Position numbers and translations under genes: made by a program
Notes under the pieces: generated by a model
The model's database searches: none
What the model was told of the DNA's origin: nothing
What the model saw: only the letters and a program-made list of their open reading frames with translations
In this document: piece by piece, positions 48,097-58,960 of the stretch
Layout: each line of letters starts with the position of its first letter
Position numbering within the stretch: the first letter of the stretch is position 1
Assembly (NCBI GenBank): GCA_047495785.1
Contig: JBLDXI010000017.1
Coordinates: 1,984,001 to 2,048,000, forward strand
Source of the DNA: Lepidodermella squamata
Lineage: Eukaryota > Animalia > Gastrotricha
DNA: 64,000 nt
Direction of reading: 5' to 3'

Positions 48097-49588
48097 TTAA
48101 TGACCATTAGCTACGGCTTTCGCTGCTGCGTCGAAGGCTTGTTTCAAATCGGCAATGATGTCGTCAGCATCTTCGAGTCCAACCGAAACACGGACGAAGC
48201 CATCTGAAATGCCGAGTTCGGCGCGCTTTTCAGCCGGAACGGAAGCGTGCGTCATCAGTGCAGGGTGTTCGATCAGACTCTCGTAGCCGCCAAGACTCTC
48301 GGCGCAGGTGAATAGCTTGACGGATTCGAGCATGACCTTAGACGCGGCAAGGCCACCTTTAAGGTAGAAGGAGAATGTTCCGGAAAATCCGCGCATTTGA
48401 CGCATGGCAACTTCGTGTTGAGGGTGCGACTTCAAACCAGGGTGTAAGACTTTCTCAACCATCGGGTGCTTTTCAAGGAAGTGAGCGACAGCCAAACCTA
48501 AAGAGATAAAAATCCACCTTACAACTTCAGAAGTAAGAAGACAATGGAAATTTGAATTGTTATGAAACCGTCCAGGGTGTGACAGCAGCCACCTTAACGA
48601 GCGCGCAAATATGCAAGTGCGTCTCATTAAGGTGGCTGCGCACGCACGCGCGCAGTTCGCCTTATTTGAACAAGACAACTACTTGCTAGTTATTGTTGCC
48701 ATTATAATGTTATTTACCGTTCGCCATGTGTTGACGCATGCGTAGAGCCAGTGTCTTAGCGCCGCGCCACACCAGGTAGCAGTCGAACGGCGACGGAATT
48801 GGACCGGCCGCGTTCTGGATGTACTTCAATTTCTCGTAGAGGTCCTTGTTATTGGTCGCGATCGAACCCATCACCACGTCGCTGTGGCCATTGACGTACT
48901 TGGTCAACGATTCCAGGCTAATATCAGCTCCTAGATGAATCGGGCGCTGGAAGTAAGGCGAGGAGAACGTGTTGTCAACAACAACAATGACATCTTTGTT
49001 GAATTTCTTGACGATATCAACAGCCGCCTTAATGTCGACAACTTTCATCGTTGGATTTGTCGGCGTTTCGATCCAAACGACTTTCGTCGACGTCTTCAGC
49101 GATTTCTTCAACAGGTCGAGATTGGTCATATCGACGAAATCGGTGGTGATGCCGTGTTTCGACGCCAACATTCGCATCAAACGCTGAGTGCCGCCGTATA
49201 CGTCGTCCATACAAACGATATGGTCGCCCGAATCGAGATGGTGGATGATTACATCGGTCGCGGCGAGGCCACATGAGAAAGTCAACGCATATTTAGCACC
49301 CTCTAACGACGCCAGAAGACGTTCAAGGCCCTCGCGAGTCGGATTTCCGGAGCGGCCATATTCAAACTTAGCAACGCCTGGCGATGTTTGTTTGAAAGTC
49401 GTTGCCATGGAAATCGGCAACACAACCGGGTTACCTGAAAAACACGGCGAAAATGAATCATCCACCTTAATAACATCAATTAATTATTCACCGTAAAATT
49501 CACTCGGCTCGAAACCAGCATGCATCGCATCTGTGTGGAAATGCGTGAAATCCTGGCCGGGAGTTTCGTTCAACTTCAGATCTGACAT
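48097..49588 (-). CDS. CTH: Cystathionine gamma-lyase; exons 49588-49492, 49434-48718, 48497-48097
   Basis: T.AMHAG, PVVLPISMATTFKQ, YGRSGNPTR, DDVYGGT, WIETPTNP, VVDNTF, PLP-lysine SLTKYVNGHSDV, AESLGGYESL, RVSVGLED; introns of 57 and 220 nt. Confidence 0.95.
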
Positions 49589-50152
49589 TTTTCCGAGTAA
49601 AAATCTAAAACAAAACAGAAAATGCATTAAAGAGCTTATCAATTTTTACTTTTTAAATTCATAGCAAATATTTCAATGTACAATGGCATGGTAAATAATA
49701 ACAATAATGACGCTGTTGCATTGATAATATAATATATCGAAAAACTCAACGCCGATAAAACATAACGAGAAGCAATATTTACAAATGTTTGATAGGAGGC
49801 GCAGAATTATCCACCTTAATCTCTCCAAGTGCAAACTATAAAATGCGTCAATTGCAGCGCCTTCTTCGATTCACGTTAATGAAACAAAACAAACCTCACA
49901 ACCATTTCGATTATCGATTAAATTTGGAAGAAGTGAATGACGCGTGTAAAAAATTCGAAATGAAGCTTAGATAGACGAGTCAATTTTCATCGGCGTCGTC
50001 TGAAAAGTCACAACCATAGTAAGTGAAAAAGACACAACCTCGAATTAATAGGAGCGAGCGTCAACATGCACGATTTTTTGTATAAAAAGAGCAGCTAAAT
50101 TTTAGTTTAATTATAAATGATCATTTTGTTATAAAATAACAGCAGCGTTTTT

Positions 50153-53100
50153 TCACAACCGCAAAAGCACAAAAATCGAGCATAGGAAAACGACGAGAGG
50201 CGAGTTGGCGACGAATAAATGAGCAGCGGCTTCCATGCCGCGGTAGACTTTCAAATAATTATCCGCAAGTTCGAAGATAATGACAGGGGATGACATTTTA
50301 CCGATACCACCTCTGCTGTAAGCGTAGACGCGGAGTTGATACCTCGTGTTGTTCATCAAGTTGTGCAGGGTGTAGTCAACAGTGCGCCCGGCATCTTCGC
50401 CAGGAAATGCGTTCTTGATGCTTTCACCAACGAGCCAACACAAAATTTTGTAGCCCTCGACCGGTTCTTCCAAAATGCCGGTTTGGACACCACGCCACGT
50501 AACCCGGACCGCATTTCCGCTGACTGGCCATAACTTGACCCAACGGGGGGCTTCGATCGGGGCGCGACGGAGCGTTTCGACCGAATAAGGATCGGACGGT
50601 CGAGACTGGCCGGCGCCGTTCCAAACTTGAACGCGGAAGGAGTAGTAAGTCTCGGCGCGAAGACCGGAAATCAACCCACTGTCATTTTGCCCGTAATGCC
50701 AGATACGGTACGCGTCCAACTCGACCTCAGTATCGGTCATCCAATACAAAATTTTGTAACCAAGCAGCTTGCCCTTGACGTCAGTTCTCGTATCTGGGAT
50801 AGGCGTCCACCAAACTTGGAGGGCAGATTCGTTGAACGGTTGAGCGTACGTGATGCGAGGCGCGCCGGGTGGAATGTCTTCGGCGGATTTGATGACGTAG
50901 GTCAACGGCTTTTCCTTGCAGACACCCTTCGAGTTACCGGCCCAAATTCGGACTTCATAGTCGAGATAGAAATTTTTCGACTGTCCAACAATTGTCACCC
51001 ATTTGCCCTTATCAGCGCCTGGTATGGTGATCGCACGAGACCAGTCATCGCCAGTACCAGCCCGGCGGTATTGAACATTGTAGTACACCCCAGGACCGTT
51101 GTGTAATTTTCGCGGCAGAGGCTCCCATAAGACTTGTAACGTGCCAACTTTACCGCCGCCACATGAAGGTTGGAATGATTGCAAACTGTTTTTCGACAAC
51201 CGATGATTCCAGGCAGTGTAAACATAACTGACCGCATCCGGAATGGTGTCATTCAATATATCCCAAGGGAAATCGGAACAGGCATTGATGATGATTGGGT
51301 TGACGAAGGGCACTTCCGAAGGCGTTTCGTACCATGAACTGTCAGGGCTAGGCAGCGATTCGCCCAATTTATTCACGGCGTAAACTCGGAACTTGTACTT
51401 CGAGAACGCAGTCAAATTCGAGAGAACAGTTCGGCAAAATTTGCCGCCAGGCGGACAGGCGTTGCGATTCTTCTGTGATTCCGAGTCCGATCTGTTGACA
51501 TTCAACACAACTTGGGTAGTCCAGTTCGATTCGTACTCGATGATGGATTTAACGATGTAGGCCGTTATTTCGTAGCCATTCGCCGCCGGGACGAGCCATT
51601 GCAACTCGATCTGGGCGGGGCCGAGAATTTTGCCGCGAACTCCGGCCGGCAAACTTGGCGGTCCCCAGACTTCCAGCATGGTATGCTTCGCCGAAAAATC
51701 AGTACTAGACCTAGCTACACAAGTCCAATTACCAGCATCATCGTGTTGAACACTGGGAATGACCAGAAAACCAGGGCGCATTTCTTGATGACGTAGCGTA
51801 TGGTTTGCAGCGAGAAGTTCTTTCGGAATATAGCCCAATTTATATCGATGTTCTCGGACGAAATCAACGTAACGGTTATTCAGCCACCATTCGTACTGAA
51901 CATCCAACCTTGAAGAGGAATTCGCTTCACATATCAAAATTACGGTTTCATTCACGGTAACTGGTGGAGTTTTCAGCTCAGGATAACGCATGATGATAGT
52001 AGGTTCGAGAACTCGGAGCCAACCGCTTGATTCCGCCTTGCCATAGTCGTTTTGAGCCTCACACGTGTAGTAGCCTTCATCTGCATAGCTGACTCGAGCA
52101 ATGTACAAATCGCCGTAAGGTTCGAGAATTCGAATCGATTGAGACATGCCAATGTTACCACCATTTCTCCTCCAACGATATTTCAGCTGAGGAGTGCCGA
52201 TTCCAGATGCCTCAGGTCGGCATTGAATTACGAATGGATTGCCATTTGTCGCCAAATTATTAAGCTGAACTGGCTGTCGAATGAAATGGGGCGGGATGTT
52301 ACTGATTCGCAGCTCAGCTTCGTCCGTAGCGATTCCGTAGACGTTAGATGCAACGCAGCTGTAAACACCTGAATCGCGAGTTTTATCGAGTTGGGCGATG
52401 TGAAGTTCGCGTAAATCACTAGACCAAATAAATCGGCCTTGATCCTGTGGCTCTAAATTTGATGGGTTCAACATCTTCCCGTTTCGATACCAATTAATGA
52501 TGACCGACGGCTTTCCTTCGGCAAGGCAGCGTAACGTGGTAGTAGTTTCGCGTTCGTGAACGACCAAATCTCGCATTGGGAAGGCGAAAAAAGGCGAAGC
52601 GAAGATTTCGACATCGACGGATCGAGTGTGAGACGACGTCTTATCGGCACGAACTGTGCAGCTGTAACGACCACCGTCAGACATAGTCGCGTTTTCGATG
52701 ACCAAGAGCCGATTTCTGTCTTCAAACCGCACGTTCCTCGGCATCATTGTTTTGAATTCACGGCCTTCGAGAACCAAGCTTCGTTCCCAGGTGTAGTGTA
52801 AAGGACTGTAAGAACCTTCAGAAACGCATTCCACTCGAATATCGCGACCAACAAGCGGCATTTTCGACGCTACCTTGGGGAACGTCTCGAAAATACGCGG
52901 TTCACGTAAAGCACTAGACTTGAGCACGATAACTTCAATCGGCTGCGAGACTTGGGCAAGTTTATCAGAGACGACAGTTATACCAGAAGGCTCGATTTGA
53001 CACTTGTACTTGCCAGCATCGGTGTCGAGAACTTGTTCAAAATACAGCGAACCATCAGCACTCGAGAAAATGTGTTCTTTGCCAGGGAATTGCGGGCTAA

Positions 53101-54211
53101 TGATTTCACCTGGGTTATCTCGGTACCATGTATACATAGGTGGAGGATCAAGCGGCGGTGCGTTACAGGCGATAACGATCGGAGCATAAATCGACGTCTG
53201 AACCGGGGCGCGAGGTGTTTTCGAGAACGGAGTTAGTTCAGTAAACGTGATTTGAACTACGTTACTCATGACGGTGCCGTACTGATTTTTGGCCTGGCAT
53301 ACGTACTTCGTAGCTATTTCCGGTTCTTTCGCGGATTCTTTGTTGTGAAACACGAGTAAACCATTGAATTGACTGATACCAGCATCTTTGCCCGCTTTAA
53401 CTTCACTCAAATAAGTGATATTACCGAGCTGCTCGACAACATGAAACCAACGATAGCTAGGCAGAGGCCAGCCGTCAGCTACTGTCTCCAGTACGAGACG
53501 GACATCGGAGTTTCGGAAATAGACGACAGACGTTGGCTGTTGAATGATTTGAGGAGCACGTTGAATTTTACGCGGGTCGACATTGGCTTGGCCAAACGAG
53601 ACGCCAACACGAGGAACGAACAGCTCAGCAACTAGGTTGCGATCAATCTTGCAGATAAATGGGCGCACAGCGTCATCCCTAACCAGTAGCCAAGCCCAAT
53701 ATCCGTATTCGGGATGTCGGCTATACGCAATGACATTGTTTGGGTCGTCTGGTAACCTCAGAGGGCTGATCAAGTCATGTCGGTTTTTGTAGAGCCAGTA
53801 TTCATCTTTGAAGCTGACAATAGTCGGGGGCTGATCGCCTCGCCATTCGAAAGTGTTATCACTCGGCACGTAAGGTGGACCTCGGCGATGCCCACTGGTC
53901 AGCCAATCAGTCGAGTATTGCTGCCATTTTGACGTTAATTGTTGTTGGATCCATTTGTGCTCCTCGTCGTCGTTGATTGTAGCTAATCGAGCACTGGGTG
54001 CGTAATCTCTGCATGCCAACAGAGCATTTTGGAAGCTCATCTGATGGAAGAACTCAAATCGGTAACAAATGCGCTTCGACCTGAATTCAGTCCAGTCTGG
54101 AGGGCATTCATACTCATAATTTGACTGGAACTGATTGTATTGACCAATCACAGCTGACTGGAACGAGACGATAGTGGTCAAAATCAGAGGAATGCATCTC
54201 AATTTCATCAT
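50153..54211 (-). CDS. Cont: Invertebrate-type contactin (C-type lectin + Ig repeats + FN3 repeats + GPI-signal-like tail), intronless ORF
   Basis: Signal peptide; CTL (CPPDW...CYRF...C...RPFICK); about six Ig domains (DAGKYKC, DGGRYSC, DSGVYSC, DEGYYTC, DAGNWTC); FN3 repeats with GGGKVGTL...HNGPG..Y; hydrophobic C-terminus. Confidence 0.88.
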   Translation of the reverse strand: MMKLRCIPLILTTIVSFQSAVIGQYNQFQSNYEYECPPDWTEFRSKRICYRFEFFHQMSFQNALLACRDYAPSARLATINDDEEHKWIQQQLTSKWQQYSTDWLTSGHRRGPPYVPSDNTFEWRGDQPPTIVSFKDEYWLYKNRHDLISPLRLPDDPNNVIAYSRHPEYGYWAWLLVRDDAVRPFICKIDRNLVAELFVPRVGVSFGQANVDPRKIQRAPQIIQQPTSVVYFRNSDVRLVLETVADGWPLPSYRWFHVVEQLGNITYLSEVKAGKDAGISQFNGLLVFHNKESAKEPEIATKYVCQAKNQYGTVMSNVVQITFTELTPFSKTPRAPVQTSIYAPIVIACNAPPLDPPPMYTWYRDNPGEIISPQFPGKEHIFSSADGSLYFEQVLDTDAGKYKCQIEPSGITVVSDKLAQVSQPIEVIVLKSSALREPRIFETFPKVASKMPLVGRDIRVECVSEGSYSPLHYTWERSLVLEGREFKTMMPRNVRFEDRNRLLVIENATMSDGGRYSCTVRADKTSSHTRSVDVEIFASPFFAFPMRDLVVHERETTTTLRCLAEGKPSVIINWYRNGKMLNPSNLEPQDQGRFIWSSDLRELHIAQLDKTRDSGVYSCVASNVYGIATDEAELRISNIPPHFIRQPVQLNNLATNGNPFVIQCRPEASGIGTPQLKYRWRRNGGNIGMSQSIRILEPYGDLYIARVSYADEGYYTCEAQNDYGKAESSGWLRVLEPTIIMRYPELKTPPVTVNETVILICEANSSSRLDVQYEWWLNNRYVDFVREHRYKLGYIPKELLAANHTLRHQEMRPGFLVIPSVQHDDAGNWTCVARSSTDFSAKHTMLEVWGPPSLPAGVRGKILGPAQIELQWLVPAANGYEITAYIVKSIIEYESNWTTQVVLNVNRSDSESQKNRNACPPGGKFCRTVLSNLTAFSKYKFRVYAVNKLGESLPSPDSSWYETPSEVPFVNPIIINACSDFPWDILNDTIPDAVSYVYTAWNHRLSKNSLQSFQPSCGGGKVGTLQVLWEPLPRKLHNGPGVYYNVQYRRAGTGDDWSRAITIPGADKGKWVTIVGQSKNFYLDYEVRIWAGNSKGVCKEKPLTYVIKSAEDIPPGAPRITYAQPFNESALQVWWTPIPDTRTDVKGKLLGYKILYWMTDTEVELDAYRIWHYGQNDSGLISGLRAETYYSFRVQVWNGAGQSRPSDPYSVETLRRAPIEAPRWVKLWPVSGNAVRVTWRGVQTGILEEPVEGYKILCWLVGESIKNAFPGEDAGRTVDYTLHNLMNNTRYQLRVYAYSRGGIGKMSSPVIIFELADNYLKVYRGMEAAAHLFVANSPLVVFLCSIFVLLRL

Positions 54212-55598
54212 AAAGAGCTTCCTATAAAGGAATAAAATAATCAACATTTAAGCCCAAACCAATCAGATCAAACATTGAACACAAAGATTGCTAAGAAATA
54301 AGGACAGTAAGGAAACTATTGAATGTCTAAATGTCATCCGTTCAGATTAGCTTACGGACAGAAAAATCGGTTGTACAGACCGGTAAGACCGATCGATGAG
54401 AAAGGACTACATACGATAAGATACAAACTCGTCCCAAGCTATATAGCAAAATGAAAGTAGCATGACTATATTAAGATGAAGAGATAATTGAGCAATACTT
54501 TCAACGTGCATCTGCCCATTATAACCAAGCCTGATGGCCACGGTGCCAGCGGACTTGCATCTGTTTGATCAACATTCGACAATTTATGTGTAAGCGTCGA
54601 GTAAATGCATCGCTCAAACAAGCCCGCTTAAAAATATCTAAATCAACTTAATCTTCCAAATAAATCAAATATAAAAATGAATAGTATGGAACTAGTAGCA
54701 GAGGAAGCAGCGGTAAAGATGACGGCAAAATAATACATCTAGCATAAATCTTCCAAACTGATTTCAAAAATGTAATGAGACCTTGGTTTTGACTTTGAAA
54801 ATAATACTAATCATAACGCAAACGTCGGTCATTTATCAATAAATATAATGGTGATAACAGCAGAGAACTTGCAATTTTTTAACATCTACTTTCAAAAATA
54901 ATCACAAATGTCTTTCATTTATGAATTATAATACTGAGAGAAAAACTGAAACCAGAAACCATATTAAAGCACAACGAAGCGAAATCAACACAATTCATCA
55001 GCAATCAATTCGCTTAGCAAAAGTCGCGCATCTCTATGCTCTAGAATGAAACGTGATTCAGACATAATAATGATCCATTTCACTCGAGAAAAGCCCATTT
55101 CTATGTCATGGACTCCATACCCAAAGCTAAACAGAAGGTATCTTGAATGTCTCATCCATCATCTGCATAACGGATGACAAACAACTCACTAACGGTAAGG
55201 ACAGAGGCTTGACAACCCACGCTAACTTCGTCGAAGGTCGAGAAGACTTCAACTCGAGCCGCGCGACGGTCCCCTTCGCGAAAAAACAGGCAAAGTGAAA
55301 ACCCAAAGTTGGAAGAGATGCCAAAAATTAGAATTGCAAGAATTATTGATTTTATGTTTTTTCAATTTATATCTATCAAAACAAGTTACAGGTCTGGAAA
55401 AGTTTGCGCGGGAAATAGATAGATTTTAGGCATCGTTTGCCAACCCATCGAAAATCAAGGCCCAGGAACCCAGAGAAACCGGCTACGGGGAAATCAGCGC
55501 CATGCTGGGTGCTGCTGAGAGGTCCCCTGCGTACTCTGGCTTATTAGATGAACTTTCGCTTATCTAGCCCTTCCATTTCATTTGAAAAATTATTTTGC

Positions 55599-55658
55599 AG
55601 CACTAAGCACTAAGCACTAAGAACTAAGCATGTGTCAGCGCTAAGCAAGAACTAAGCA
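55599..55658. repeat. Short 7-bp tandem repeat (GCACTAA/GAACTAA)n
   Basis: gcactaagcactaagcactaagaactaagca...gctaagcaagaactaagca. Confidence 0.7.
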
Positions 55659-56379
55659 GTGGCTTAGTTTTAGGTTTTAGTTGTTGATTGTGTCAGATTC
55701 TGGGGTCAAAGTTGATGCATTGGTAGTTAGATCTTACTTCCTCTCCATTCTCCACCAAAAATTTCCCCATCAGACTTCCTATTTGAGATTTTCTGGGTCT
55801 TAACGTCGTTTAACTCCGAAATAGTGTGATCTCCGTAACTGACTTTATCACTCCTCAGGGTTAAGTCCAATCAAAAAGATCTCGTGTCAATTACGAAAAC
55901 TTTCGGTCCTCTATAGAACGAGTGTAAATTTAACCCGCCCGCTAAGCGCTAAGTGAGAAGTACGAGAACCAGCGTTACGGAGATTACACTTATTCGGGGA
56001 CCGCTCCTCGCGTTCTATGTTGAGGCGTCGAAGCATGTTCATATCCTTCCTAATGTATATCAAAATTGTCAGTTAGTTGTTATTAGTGCTATATTTGCTG
56101 TTTGCTGCCGCGATATAGGGCTCTAATCCACTGAAATTGATTAAAAGAACACCGATAGTCATAAACCCATACCCCGACCGGTCGATTTCATAGCGCAGCA
56201 GCATTGTGCCATCTATTTTCGTCAATAGATATCGTTCGCAAAGCTCATCCTCGAATATTTGGGAGCCGGAAATACCGTGTATGTTATAATCAAAATCGCT
56301 GTGGTTCATCATGATACCAATTACTCCGAGGAGTTATCAGCGCGAGAGCAAATTATTTGATTTCCAAGCCTGGAATGTT

Positions 56380-56750
56380 AGATTCAACCATTTCCCAAGT
56401 CGCGTAGGACAATTACTAAAATAGTGCAGTACGCAGAATTCACAAGGTAGTTGTCTTTTATTTCCACCGATTTTCATTCTTGGAAATCACCATCTCTCTT
56501 ACTTACACCTCAACACAACACAACGATACTTGAACTGATGATTAAGTTTTCTGATACTCCAAGAGGTGAAAGCGAATCTCGACTAATTATTCCTAAGTGT
56601 AACACGGAAATCAGACGCTCTTTCTTTAGTGTGATAACTGCTATGGAACTCCCTGCCCGCCTTTATCAAATGTGTTACAAATATAAAACAGTTTGAAAAA
56701 TATATCGATGAAATTCTCCTATCTTACCTGTATATATATATATATATATA
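56380..56750 (+). mobile_element. Degenerate CR1/L2 3' end followed by a (TA)n microsatellite
   Basis: TPRG...RLIIPKCNTEIRRSFFS followed by W..LP in a shifted frame, typical of the CR1/L2 ORF2 terminus; TA run at about 56731-56750. Confidence 0.55.
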
Positions 56751-58552
56751 CCTACTCATTTTGGGCGCTTCTCAACAGCTCCTAGCTCTTAGCGTCCTAT
56801 GCTGTCGTCTTGAAGCTAGTCTAAGAACTTGCTTATTTTTCTCTGTAATATTGATATTTCATGAAAGAAACGTACTTCAGCATGTTAATGTTAATGTTAA
56901 CAAAATACGTGTTTACTTCTTTCATGAAATTATGTGCTGGTGAGCTGTTGAACTGACGTGGCGACAATGTCGAGGCGAGACTTTTCATCGTCCATTTTCT
57001 GCTTCAGCTGATAGAACATGACATCCTTTGAGTTTTTTTACACGCCGTTCTGGATGATCATCCAAATCATTGTCGAGGATGAGAGCTTCATGTCAATGTA
57101 AGATACATGTAAGATTCATTTGTCGTGTTGTTCGTATTTGCCGCCGTCGCCTGATTTGCCACCGACCGTTAGCTGACGGTACTTGGCTTGGCTAGAGGTT
57201 TTATAACGCCAGCACCACACACAAGCTTCAAGTAAATGTGTGGAGAACAGCACCAGCCGGCGTCGCCGTTGCCGCCCCCTGCAGCATGGTCGACAAGGCG
57301 GCCAGCTGCTTTAAATTCGGAATCGTGGAGGGTGGAGGGACAATTAGAGGCGCGATGCCCTGGTTGCCGATGCTGGGGGATTTGAGAATTCGAAACAAAC
57401 GCTGTTTCTCAGGACTTGGCAAACAAGAATCAATGTCCCCGATTTTGTCTCTTGCGTTGTTTTCTTGTGCTGTTCTCGCTCGTATTTTTTAATACTCGCA
57501 CACAATTGACAATCGAGAGTGTTTTGGTTGTAGAAAAATGGCTCCTGCGTCTGTTTGTGCATCGTCTCGCCCAAAGCGCCTTTCGCCATCGCATCATCAT
57601 CGTATTTATCATCGTCATTCGCCGCCGTGGCATTCACTTTCATGAATGCGCGTTTTCTCTCACCTTGTTGGATGCTTTGATGCAGTCCTCCGCAAACTCG
57701 GTTTTTCCGGCGGGGCAGTTCATGGATGGAATGATTGCTGCCGGCGGGCTACCCCGTTTTTTTGATCATAATCATGAATCGCTTCTCAAACGGGAAAAGT
57801 CGCCTGTGCGCTAACCGCTGCCCACACGAAAAACGGTAAATCTGCACTGACTATTCTGGTCATAAGGTTGCTAGTTGCCTCTATGATAGCGAAAACCGTA
57901 AAGCTAGGCGTAAATAGTTTTAAATGTTGAAATTGGAGAGTAGTGCATCTAGGTATTTCTCAACAAGGCTCAAATCCAGGCCAGCAATCCCAGCTATTAC
58001 TGCTGGAAGCGAAACTATCGTGAATGATGCTGAAAAAGCCTACAAAACCTTCCAGCTGTGTTAATTAAAATATTATTGCTCATTTTATACACCTCTGGCC
58101 ATGGTCTTTAACATCTTTGTAAAAGGTGAGAAAATACTTTGTGGAGAATCGGGAATTATCGTCCTATTTTGGAGCATTTCGGGTTCGAAAAACTAGAGCC
58201 AATAGCATCATATTTCAGGATCTTTGTTGTTCTCGGACGTAGGGATTAGAACTAACTTAAGAACTTTCTCTATGGCGAACGCCGCGAGGTGGCCCGCTCG
58301 AGCATCATCACGGGCTTTTTACCATCGTTATTACGAACCTGAAGATTTTAGTGGATATTGTTTGAATTTTTATCTGAAATTAGGGCTAAGAATGCCAAAT
58401 CAGAAATTCCCGAGAAAGAAAATTCTTCATCCGATGAAACCTATCATGAATTTTCAGCCTGTTCTGGGTCATCAGAATAGGACGAATCGGACCACAGTGC
58501 CGGAAATGGAGAAATATTAAAAAAAATTCAAGAAAATCCCAATAAAGCCAAC

Positions 58553-58641
58553 TACAGCAACCTCGGTTGTAGTGAACTATTGCTATAGCGAACGTTTTTT
58601 TCTGGCATTATACGAGTTCGTTATAACGATTCTGCACTGTA
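58553..58641. mobile_element. Tiny pogo/Tigger-like MITE remnant
   Basis: TA-CAG..AACCTCGGTT..AGTGAAC ... GTTCGTTATAACGA....CACTG-TA termini resemble Tigger-type TIRs with a TA target site. Confidence 0.45.
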
Positions 58642-58839
58642 GTTTTTAATTTCTCCCCAACCTATCTCGTCTATTTCATCTTGGAACACTAATTGCTTCA
58701 AGATTGGCCTCACAACGTAAGCGCTAATAACTATCGACACACCTCTTAAAATCGCACCGTCTTCTTAATTATTTTCACCAAGCAACCTAGTTTTGGCGAG
58801 CCTTGGTATTAACTCGAGTCAGAGCCATGCATTGTCGTT

Positions 58840-58960
58840 CGTTCGCGGTGGTGGTATTATCGCGGTCTACGTTAACGATTTGGCTGACTTGCGAAGATTG
58901 AAAGGTGCATTGACGGCGAGATTCAAGATTCAAGACAAGGCTTTGTTGGTATCTTGTCAT
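58840..58960 (+). mobile_element. Ty1/copia reverse-transcriptase remnant
   Basis: IIAVYVNDL...LKGALTARFKIQD resembles copia YVDDL...LK..L...F.MKDLG. Confidence 0.55.

Noticed and set aside
50336-53792. Antisense ORFs over contactin and other genes
   Set aside because: They are shadow frames of real coding sequence with no independent features.
48097-54211. Alternative genetic code or stop-codon readthrough
   Set aside because: Conserved genes translate cleanly with the standard code, and apparent premature stops fall inside short introns.
57050-57800. Possible Myb/MADF-like Harbinger ORF remnant on the minus strand (YRQ...KSGDGGK...)
   Set aside because: Interrupted by stops and too weak to call without a profile search.
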